DNA of 44,495 bases, counting the filler, from Sphacelaria rigidula (taxonomy: Eukaryota): NCBI GenBank assembly GCA_964200075.2. It is 2 parts of 2 records of this genome, joined end to end, with 100 filler letters (N's around TTAATTAATTAA, not from the genome) between each part and the next. Parts side by side here need not be neighbours in the genome. Positions count along the whole stretch, not along the records: positions 22,306 to 44,495 come from CAXNAA020000346.1; 1 more part is not named here. The stretch is one strand, 5' to 3'. Position 1 is the first letter of the stretch; each line of letters starts with the position of its first letter. The notes under the pieces are model-generated. The model was given only the letters and a program-made list of their open reading frames with translations, made no database searches and was not told where the DNA came from. Positions 24,452 through 36,100 of the stretch are shown here, one piece after another. The position numbers were made by a program, and so were the translations under genes.

Positions 24452-27400
24452 ATGAGCGCGGCATCTGGAGTTTCACCGTCCCCGCCAGATTCGTCTTTGG
24501 ATGAGGCCACCGAGGAGGGCTTCATCCTGGTGAGTCATGAAGCGCAGCAAACAACAGTGTGAGCATTTAGTTGTCATGTCGGCCGCATCTTGCGTATCTC
24601 TGCCTGTTATACATCTCATTGTATTTCTTGGTTCTTCATGGTCCGGCGTTAGCGCCATATTTGCGTCGGCTCCATGCCCATGTACAACGGAATCGTCATA
24701 CAGCAGACAGTAGAGTACTCTGCACAATGGCAGACAACAGAGAGCAAATGGGCCGGGGGTGACGTAGGCCGAGCAACGTGTGCATTGGAAGAGAGTTAGA
24801 GGGGAGAGAGGGAATTGTCTGCTCACCACCATGCATTTCGTGGCGCATCCGGTGTCATGTTACCAACTCGCGGCGTTGAACGGTTGTGTGCATTGTCCCC
24901 TCTTCTACAGTAGGTTACGGAGTATATCACCCGGGCTGATAAGATTTTTTAGCCACAACATCTCCTGAGTTGGGCAACGAATGTGCATTACTTGATTTGA
25001 GTGTTAAAACGATAATCGGATCTTTAGTGGGGCTTGACAGTCCCGTGTGCTCCTTGCGTACGCACAACGCGCTTTCGTGCAAATCGGCTCTACCAGAGTT
25101 GACGGGGGTTGGGCTACAAAGTCGAATTACTAGATGTGAGGGTCAACAACGAAAATCGGATCTTTAGTGCAGCTTGACTGTCCCGTGCGCTCCTAGCGTG
25201 CGCAAAACGCGTTTTCGTTTGAATCGGCGCCATAGGCGCCGATATGAGGTCTACCAACGCCACACCCTTACCTAGAGACCCCTGTGCACCTCCCTTGCCC
25301 GAGGATTCTCGGCATGCCTTGAATTGAGGTTTTATGGTCGGGGTTTGACAACAGGTGCCCGGCCGCTCGCCCCGGTGGCTCAGTTGGTTACCTCGAAACC
25401 CTCTGACGATTGGGTAATGGGTTCGAATCTCGGAGCGATCTGGGATTTTTTCTCACACAATGCACAACAGTCAGTGGAGAGCGACTATGTCATGAGTACA
25501 CAAAATTCGACGTGATGGTCGACGATGGAGGGTCTGCTGAACTTCTCTCGCGATGAAAAATGAAGGCAAGCACTGCAGAAGGAAGATGGAGGATTCAAAA
25601 CAAAGAAGAAAATCTTCTGTGTTGGTCTTTTCCCTGTGTAACCCCGTCTGGTGCGCCCACATATATCGGAAGGTGTAGACTGGCGTCCAGAATATATGGG
25701 ACAACAACACACCTGTGCTACCCGTCGCAGGGGTTACTGAGGGCGCCAAGCTCGCCGCTGCGGTTAGATGCGCTTTGCGTATCAACTTGGGTTGCCAGTT
25801 AGCTGTAGGGGATGAGGGAAACCGTAAACCCTAGTAACAAAAAATGACAAGATCACTCAAACATACCCGCACAAACTGCGCCTACAGAACGTACGTCGCC
25901 CAGCGAATGACTGCGCTACGCCGTTCAGTCGTTTAGCACTAGTTCTTGGCTATGTTTATGACGTACATGTTTTGCTGGCAGCGTGATGATCATACCGTTC
26001 TCCTAGGACGGCAAAGCGCTGCTAGTGGCCGTGGCTCATGCACGAATGACGGTGATGCGCACCATATGTGTGCGTAGCAAAAAGGAAATGCAGGTGTGCT
26101 CTCGCCATCATGAGTGACTATTCCCCTACTTTAGCGTTCACTTAAGGACCCAGGCGTTCAAGGGGTTAGTTAACCCCATCGGAAATTGAGGCTAACGAAC
26201 GACGAAAAACGTTCTGCTGTCTGGTCGTTAGGCCGAGTTGACGAGACAGGGGGAAAAGTCGAGAAGAAACTTCTGACGAGGTTGATCTGCCCACAATGAC
26301 CGGCTTGGGTTCCAACGAGAGCGCATCGATGCAATTTTGCTGCAGGAGTTCTGTTTGTTTCACCTTGGGCGCAAAAACAGGTCCGAAAAACACAACGAGT
26401 GCCACAAGGACGGTGACTGAAGCATGTTACCCCTACACAACCGAGCCCAAAAAAATACGTGGAGACACCCGTAGCACAAGCTACACAGTGTCACGTCTAG
26501 CGCTAGCCTTCCTTGGGTACAAAGTGGTGGTGTTCATTTCACGGCAGTCCGTTCAGTAGTGTGGAGGCGGCCGTGCGCGTGTCATAAAAGTTGCCCATGA
26601 TGCAATTGTTGGTCGCTTGTGTGTGAGGTATGCCGCGCCTGTCTGACAAAAAATATCGTATCCTAATCAATGTTGAGCCGGTTCCACCCAAACCAAGATT
26701 CCCGTACTTGTACTCACTTGATCAACAGCTGCGGTTCTACCTATGCTTTGACTGACCTCGAACAACGAAGTCAGAATTGATGTGTGCTTGTGTCCGATGT
26801 CTACGCCCTTGTTCAATGTCTGCGCCGAGTTATGTTCGTGGCAAGCGTGCACCACATCAAGGGCCATTGCGCTGCTTTTTATGTTCCACTTCAAGCAAAA
26901 ATAGTTCTGACAGCCCGACCGACTTCTTAGTGAATGATCCGAAAACGAAATTTCGAGAAGAAGCTGACAAGCAGAAAAAAGTAACTTGGGATCTGTATTC
27001 CCGGAGTGAGGTATGATATCCCCGCGACCCATCACTATGCTTATTTCAAAAGCTTTGATCTGGAAGCTGTTTTTTTTCATCTCGTATAGACTCGCCCCTA
27101 ACGTGAAAAATGACGCATATAACCGAAATCAACAACGCATTCACAATATTAGCGTACAGTCAATGCGGCGCATATCCCATATCGATGAGAGTACGGCAGT
27201 ATAGCACAACGCCTCACCGTACGGTATGGTACAGTCTTATTTATACCTATCTGTACGGAGACCCACCACCGATAGACGTGACTCTCAGCACGATGTCAGG
27301 GCAGCAGTGCCAAAAGCAATATATTAACGGAGAGATGTGCCAGCCACATACAGGTCTACCGGTTCGTGTACGGTAGTTGCTGGCGGCTTGTGCTCCCGAC

Positions 27401-30085
27401 CACGCTGCTGCTAGCCGTGGCTTTAGAGGGTACTCGAGGGTGATGGACTATATTATTCATTGCTGCGTCACTCAGGCGTCGCGTGAGCAGGGTTCACCTC
27501 GCCTTCCGCGTTACTTTATTCTGTTGTATGTGTTCTTGCCAATGTTGGGTTCTGAAACGATATGCCGAGGGAGACCGGGGATCACACGACGAGTTCTAAC
27601 GCCAAATCAAGTGACGAAAAAATGCATGTAGCTTCAATACTCGATTATAATAACCAAGGAACGTGCCAGATTCTGGTCCCTTTCCGTTTGATGTCTCACT
27701 CTTTACCGATGTGATTGGTTTAGCATCAGCTCACTCCCCACCCCCCCTCAAATATCATGCCTGCCAGAATGAAGGAAGAGGTACATCAGTAGCCGAGTGG
27801 AAGGAAGAGGGAGTAGATGCACAGAATTGCCCTCGTGGCAAAGCAACAGAGAGTAGAACTCATACGGTTGCAGAATGTGAGCTGTATAAGGAGGAATGGG
27901 AAGTGTTGGAGGGGGAAACGTGCGAAGTAAATCAAGGTGGCATGGAATCGTTTGATACATTGGACAGTAGCGAGAAAATGATTGCTATACTAGGAGATGG
28001 ATCGTGGCCACAGACACCGAAAGAGGAAGGGGAGAAGATCTGTAAAAGGTTTTGGTGCTATGCATGTAAGAAGCGTAAAAAGCGCCCAAATGCAGGAGTT
28101 GTCTCTATCAGGAGTAGAAAGGGCGCTCCGTCTCGAAAGGGATGCGTGGTCAATGGTCAAACTATCAAGGTAAAAAAAATTAGTGCCCCACCCCCTCAGA
28201 TATCATACCGAGATATGGTATTGACACGACGTTATAACAGCCTCAGGCTCTCAAGGATCAAGGGAAATGATCACGTTCAGATATATTATCACGTCCAGGT
28301 ATACTTGTGCGCTTTTAGGACAGTTTCAGGTACAGCTCTGGCAGCAGTAGTTTGAGTTGTAGATCTAGCTGCGTCCTGGGAGTCGCGGAACAAGACCAGA
28401 GCCGAATACTGGAACCACACGCCCTAGCACAGCACTGCGTGCCATACGAGCATTCTCAGCTGAAACTCTTGGCTCGAATTACACGTTTGCCTGGGTGTTA
28501 TCACCATGCAATAGGCGAGCATCAACACGCTACTGAACCGCGTGGGGATTTCGGCGAAGCCCATAAACTCGTTTGAGGAGTTGCGCAAGAGCGCCTCCAG
28601 CATGTTCGTCGCCATCTTCGAGGCCATGTTTCAGGTGCGTCAAGGCTTTACCGTATGCAAATGTCGAAGTTTTTTGCAAGTAACGCAGTGCCCTCGCGTT
28701 GACATCATTGCATTCGCTGGCCACACGGGCGGTCGCGCAGTCATGTGGTGACTGCCATCTTCCTCGTATTGAGGGTTCGCTACGCCCATGCACGAGTAAG
28801 ACACCTATCGGAGACATATACAAATGCAATCTTCCAACCGTGCGGCTGGCATCAACCACAAACGCTTCATTTATGGCCTGTGCGAGTCGAGCTATTTGGT
28901 TGATGCAGCTCGACCGCAAAAGCAGTATGGTTAATTGAGAGTTACGCCCTAGTTGCAGGGGGGTGCGCTGCTGTCTTTCGGTGGTGTCATATACTCCACG
29001 CTGTAACATCATAGCCCTCACGCCGTGACAGGTACGGCAGAAGGGCGTAGTTCGCAAGCCAGCCCATGTCCACAACTACGTGCATAATGCACAGATGGTG
29101 GTTGACGCTCTAGCTGGCCCCATTCTCAACATGGACTTGTCTCATATCACCGGCGAGGCTATTGTACGAGGAGACACCCTCGCCATCAGGTGAGTTCCTC
29201 GCGGCTCCCGCAGTGCTTAAAGTAAATCCACTGCTGTCGTTTCGACCGTGTCGAAAAGCGTGATGCAGTATTGACCTGAGTCCAGTCGAACATCTGTCGT
29301 AATGCTTGCATGCTTGTGCTCTTGGCGCTTGCGTTGCGATTACGTAAAAGAAGACATGCTTGACTTGTGAAAACAACATGCTTGATTCGTGAATATGTTT
29401 GTGTCGTGTACTACATATCCCATGATTGACGACTTGTTTGTACTCGGCATGTGATCGTACATGCCCCTCCAAGATCGGTTTTCATATGCCCAACATACTT
29501 GCCAAACACATACTTGCTCGTGATGTCACGCCGCCCCACCAGGAATCTAGTGGACATTTTCATGGGCATCAGCGAGGTGGTCATCAAGCGACAAGGTGAG
29601 TTCCCACAGTTACCGTGGATCAAATACAGTGGTGAGTGCTGTGTGAGGTAATCACAAACTGTTAGGAAACTCCGTCCGCAGTTTCAGGCTGCCCAACGAG
29701 TGTGCGGGTGACACATATGAGTTCAAAAGTAATACGCATTTTTGCCTGCTTTTCCTGTTGGATGGGGTACTGGCAGTCGCTGAAGGCGAAAACGCTCTCC
29801 TCGACTGCCTACCTGCAAGCGTATGCACCTATCGGTAGGAAGCTGGGGTTGTGACTGCGAAAAAGGAGTAACACAATGTTCTGGAATGTCGCTTGCTATA
29901 GGTGTTGTTCGTCAGCGCCGCTGTAACGTAAGCTATCCTTTAACCCGACTCCCCTGACCCGTTGCTTAGCTCAACCCCAGGTTGGCTCCGGGACGAAAAA
30001 GTTCTGGACTGGTTCTCGCCGGCGGCTGAAGGTTAGGGAGAATCCTCCGCATGGAGGTCCACCCTCGAACCACCACCAATACCAG

Positions 30086-30144
<59 letters not shown>

Positions 30145-33100
30145 CTCCTCCGCCGGCTATGGGCCGCCAACTGCAGGCCGACCGAGCCGTCTTGGACAGG
30201 TGAGATCGGTGAAGTTGTCTAGCAGTATCGCGGGTGCATACGTTGCGGGTTTTGCGCGAAAGCTTATGTATAAACCAAGGATATTTTCCGCAGGCGTAAC
30301 CACACAAGGTGACCACAGCCCGTACGTGCGAATCTAACGCTCCCGTAGGTTACTGGGTCCTCCCTTACAGCAGATTCGAATTTCGTTGACCTTCGCTCCA
30401 CAGTCTTTCGTAACGAACTGCTATTCCTTCATCCTTGCGTCATTCTCCACTCCAGTCGTCCGGACGTCTGTCAACTCGTAACGGAGAGGTGGGGACGAGG
30501 ATACGACGTACCCGCAACCAGGCCCACGATCCCTCGAGCGTCCCTGTTTCCGGCGACTATGAGGAGTTTGCTGGGGGAGCGGAGATGGACGGCTCGCGAG
30601 GGGAGGGAATGAGAAGAAGCGAACTGATTCAGTTGTTACGAGAGATTGAGTCGGAGTCTAGCCGCCAGCCCGGAGGATTGAGAGAGAGGGGCAGGGGCAG
30701 GGGGGCTATTCTTGAGGAGCGGCAGCTGGGCGAGGGATCTACAATTGAACAGGATATCACTGGACCGTCGGGAGATGTGGAGTTTGCGCTCAACCCGAAC
30801 GCTACCGGAAATGTGTGTGCACTCTGTCGGTAACGTACTCGTGCCCGATCCCCACGTTCCTCCACCAACCAACGAGTATTTCAAGGCTTAACAGCTACGT
30901 GGGGCCCCTTGTCATAGTCATTCATTGTGCGCAATGTATTGGCTGATATACACACCGTCAAGGGCAGCCTGGAGATGATGCCGTGATGCCGTGGCTATAA
31001 TGTTACGCAGACTCTTGAGATGGTTTTGTTGGACGAGTAGGGTATGGCGTTACGGATTCCACCCGTACATATGCAGAACACATTTTCAGGCAAAGCCAAG
31101 CTAGACATTGGTCGATGTCGGTTGAGCCGTAGTGCAGCTGACATCTCAGCAAGGGGCTGTCTCGTGACTACGGGGTGAGCGGAGCCCGGGTGAGGCTCTT
31201 CTAAGAATGAGGTGGGGGAGCGTGCGGCAGCCTCTTTTTCGATCGTTTCCCTACTCGCGTGTCTTCGTCATGGTGCATTTTATTCTCCAGGAGGCGGAGC
31301 GGGAAATGAAGTATCGCCTGTACTACCAGCGCGTGCTAAAAGAACGTCTCACGGCGCTAAGGAAGGTACGCAAGACACTACATCTATCCGCAGTGTTGGA
31401 TATACAAAATGCAATGCAGTCATAGCGTACACTGCAACACGAGACTATGCGCTGTGTGCATCATGTCGCGCATACAGCACAAACGCAGGTATTTTTTTGT
31501 ACGTCAAATGCGGGGAAACCTTGGGCACATACTACAGTAGTACAGTACACGAGATGGTGTTTTTCTCGTGATACTTTACAACATCTCCCCTTCCTCGAAC
31601 TGAGTCAATAGTCTTGAGGAATCACCCACCTCTCCTTTGGTACCTGCCTGCCATTTTGTAGTGAAAGATTGGATCAGCACTACTGGACCCTGTCGACTCT
31701 CGTTGAGTTTCAACTACAGCAGCTAGATGTGACTCTTAAGGACCGCATCTATTGTTGCTTCATGAAGACCGTATCTGTCGGCATTCGTATCCGCAACCTT
31801 CCATGCTAACTGCCTGCTGGTGTACGATACAACTAAGACTACGGAGGCGCTGCGGCGAAATAGTCATGATTGCTGGGTACCCTCGTCAAGTGTGCAGCCA
31901 CATCGTTGTTCTCCGATGTTCAGCCCGTTGGCCGCGAATTGCCAGTTGGGCTTGGATCGCAACGATCACTCGTATCTTTAGTTGCTGTTCTCTTGCGAAT
32001 TTACGGTCAGACACGAACTATTGAGTGCGCCTGGATCGACATGACGGCTCATGTGTCTGTCGTTTGGATAATCGTTGTCCCTTTGCTAATGTCGTCTTGT
32101 GCAGAGGGAGCTAGCGGATGCACGAAAGAGTCAATTCGCACACAAGAACGCCAGACACCTAGCACGGGTTCGCCAGGTGCGTGTATGTTGAAGACTTGTT
32201 CGTCTGAGTCACAACATGCAGAACTGTGTGGTGCTGACATATCGTGAAAAGGAGGCTGCAGTGAGCACGAGGTACATCTACAATTATTCCGGGAGAGACT
32301 GAGAGGTCGACATGAACGTGTACGACGCGTCCTCCCGCTATTGAAGATGTTAACGTAGTTCCTCCGACGTCTGCGCGCTGAATTGATGTGTGTCGCACAA
32401 GATCAAGAAGGAACGAATGGAGGAGAAACTGCGACTCATGAGACTCTCGCAGCGCTTGCGCTTCCAGGATGAGGGTCGCGGCCGGTTGGGCCATCTGTAC
32501 AAGAAAATCTTGACGGCTCTACATCGCCAGCGCAAGGTATGCCATCCTGGACTGCAGCCGTATAGCCCTGCCGTCTTCAAAGTTGCACGTGATGTGTTTG
32601 TTGTCTCGGACACCCCGCGATTGCTTTGCTCTGGATTACGCCATGTATCCTTGTTGCGTAGAGAAAGTTAGACCAGGATGTTCAGACAAGTCGTTTTTTT
32701 TTATTCATGAGGACTTCACGAGCCGTACGATGTTGTGCTATGGCTGTGTAGCAAGTCAATTGCGACAACCATGTTTCGCGATGCTACTGCGGCCGAGGCT
32801 GACCTGTTCAGCTGTCGGTGGTCGTGTGTAACAAATCGCTTCAAGGAGGATGACAGGGAAGATGCGGCGCGGCTGAAGGCGCTCCATCTCGCATGGCAAG
32901 CTCAGTCGGACGACCTCGAAAAGTTGTGAGTATTTCTCTCGGGTAAACTAAGCGACAGCGCCGCTTTGGTGTTTATCATAGATTGCTCTGCTTTGCATCG
33001 CGCGTCCAATTTTTTTTTCCTTTGTTATGATGGAGAAGGAGCATAATCGACATACAAATAGAAGCACGGAAAGAAACACGTAAACTTCATGAAGTATAAG

Positions 33101-36100
33101 TCCACTGAAGCTCTCGCGTCTCGCACGCGTGAATAACACACGGTCTGTATAGCCACACGACGCCGTTCCACGTTCGCAAGGGCCCGCAGGAAGGCAGAGC
33201 TCAGACCGGAGTCGTTGCCCGGCAAGTTCTCGCTAGATTCTATTGTACTATCCCCGGCCATTAACTGTAGATCCGTCTTGACGTACACGTACAAGACCTG
33301 TCTCCCGGGGTGCCATTGGCTATCGAACGAGGCAGACGCGGTAGTGCTACCCCCAATAGGGCAAAGATCCGCGAAAAGTCTTGCGGGATGGACAACATGA
33401 TATTAGCTTGGTGTTCAAGTGTAATCCGGTCATAAGAGTGTGGATTACGTAATTACAACCGTCCACACCCGCCCATTTAGATTAGGGTTGTATATCAACT
33501 CGTAAAACACGGTTGATTGTTGATGTATTATTTGATGAGATTTATATCAACAATCACATCAACGCGTCGCTGATTACTTGATTTATATCAATAAATCAAC
33601 TTAAATAAACCAAGTCAAAATAACAACGTGCACAGAAATTCCCTCAGACGGGATTTCTGTGCATCTCGAAGGGGAACATATATGTCCCATTGACAGGGAC
33701 ACATGCAAAGGCTTACCACACAACCCAACACAATCACAGCTGAACCTGAGGAACTTGGTGGCCCCGCAAACCAAAAATACACANNNNNNNNNNTTGAGAA
33801 ATGATGATTTGTGTGAGACGAGCGCGCAGCACACGCTTACAAAACGGTCAGCAACGACACGTTTTCGGTTGTTTTTGACACGCACGTGGCCGCCATTCGT
33901 CCAAAACAGAACGGATTCCATCAAACAAAGACTGCCATGTGTAGATTAGCAAGGGCTAGCAGTAAAACTAATGCGTGTGAGTGTTTTTTCGGGGCTGGGT
34001 GTGTAGTTGTTGTGTTGCCTTGTTGCGTCATGCCTGCGTCATTACACAGACCTTGGACCTGCTTGGACCAACGACCACTTCCAGACCCGACGCATTTCTC
34101 AACCTGCGCGCAGATCTGGGTTCCAATCTATACATAACTGCTTTTCGATAGGACTGGGGACTGATCTTTAAGGGGCCAATCCCCTGTCAAAAGGGGATTG
34201 CGAAAACGCGGATTACTATACACGGCCGCATACCCGCAAGTAGGGACGCATGTGAAATCACACCATCATTGTACTACAAGTACCGTTGTCTGGTGTCTGC
34301 TGTGCGGGCTGTACACTGTGCACAGCGGACAACAGACAATAGCAGTAGTACAATGGGCGTTATTGTCGATGGCAAGCAGCTGATGCTAACTGTATACAGT
34401 CCGTGTCACTCCTCTGATGCTGTTCGTTGAGGACCTGTAGTGCACAGTTGGACTACACACTGTTGGACTTGTGTCTTGTGTTCAGTGTAACACACTGTAC
34501 TATCCATGATACTGCACGACTGCGTTGGAACCAAAGTTTCGAGAAAACCGGAAGTTTTCTGTCACACGTTTTTTGTCGTAAGTTTTCTGTCACAAGAAAA
34601 CAATGTGATATGAGAAAATGGCCAAGACAACACCATTTTTCATGCTGAAGATTGGAATTTGCTGCCCGCCGGATGTGATCTCATTTGCCGAAAAGTACCT
34701 GGTGAAGGGCACTGGAGAGATACACATTGAGGATTTGAAGAGTTGTTGGAGCTACTGATGGTTTGTCGCGAATCATTCGAATGTTCAGGCATGGTGTGCA
34801 TTGCTTATGTTGGGCCCGTGCGTGCAATCTCCCCCCCCCAGTTTCAACGAGCGAGTGGAGTTGATCGTCGGGCATGAACGATGCTCAGCGAAGGAGCGTG
34901 CCCAGGCCATGGCTTCGGAGGAACGAGATCTTATTGACCTGTTCCGCCGCGCCGAGATGGACTACGAAACTCGTCTCTTGACTCAGGTGATGATGCGCCA
35001 AATTTCGATTATGATCTTTTGAATCAGAAGTAATATTATAGTATGCTTATAGAGTACATGATTGATTGTGGGAATCGAAACCTTCTTTTTTTTTCTCTCA
35101 TTATTTCTCGCTCGTCACGGGGAATCTCCTGAAATGCCAAAATACATTTTGATATATCAGAAAATATTATCAGACCGGTGAACGGGAACATCCGCGGTGC
35201 CATGACGATTTTGTGGCCACCAAGTAGTGCGGCTCGAGACATGAAGCTAAGATAGACGCACACAGCACCGCACCTACGCCATGCGAGCGTCTACTGCTCG
35301 CGATGTAACGATATCTACACAACGAAATGTAGCTCCCTATTGACTTAGCACGCTGTACCTATTGTTTCGGAGATTGGATCCAATGAGACCTGAATAAGGA
35401 CCGATGTGCTCAGTAGCCGCCACCACGTATGCAGTCGAAACAGTGCAAACGATGCACAAATACGTCTGTTCCATTTTGTTTCACGTGTGTTGGTGTAGCT
35501 AATCCCTTACACTGCATCCCGATTTACGTAAACTAAATTAAGATCATCCTATATAGCGGAGAAATGTTTGTCGTTGGAGCAAGTGCGCCTGTGCTTCGGC
35601 GCTCGCCATTTCTGTGGACTCAGACCTGCCCTAAACAAGAAACGAGTCGACTCGACGTAAAAATCATTCTGTGAGAATTTGGGTCACGACCTGAATAAAG
35701 AGGTTACACGACCCGCTGCATGGAACGTATCCGGGCGAGCTCCCGGTTCAATTCAGAGCCCTTGTGCTTGAACACGGACGAGAAAGTTCGGCAGGCAGCG
35801 TATTCTACATGCAAGCAATATCTACCGTCGGTAGCTCCGACTCAAGTGATGAACACATCTAGCTGTAACTGTTGGGTACAGGTGGAGCGGCAGGCCGTGG
35901 AGGAAGCTGCGGAAGAGCGCCACAAGGCCGAGGTGCGGCACGCGCACACACAGCTCTTGCATATGGAGGACTGGTCTGGCGCCTCGCGAGACCGGTTCCT
36001 TGGCGTCAAACCTAACACCGCCTTCGAGCAGCGTCTGAAGCAAGTGAGTGGCACGCAAAAAGTTCAGCTCTAACCGTATTTGTTTAGTGAGGGATGGTTG

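Noticed and set aside
25369..25445. Functional tRNA gene
   Set aside because: D stem and acceptor stem do not pair and no clear anticodon arm is present.
28424..29472. Minus-strand ORFs that first suggested a decayed hAT transposase
   Set aside because: They are antisense to well-supported CEP95 exons and introns, and no catalytic motifs were found.
29543..29595. NLVDIFMGISEVVIKRQ as a small-GTPase C-terminal helix
   Set aside because: It joins in phase to the upstream LSHITGEAIVRGD exon, which identifies the CEP95 N-terminal domain; no GTPase motifs are present.
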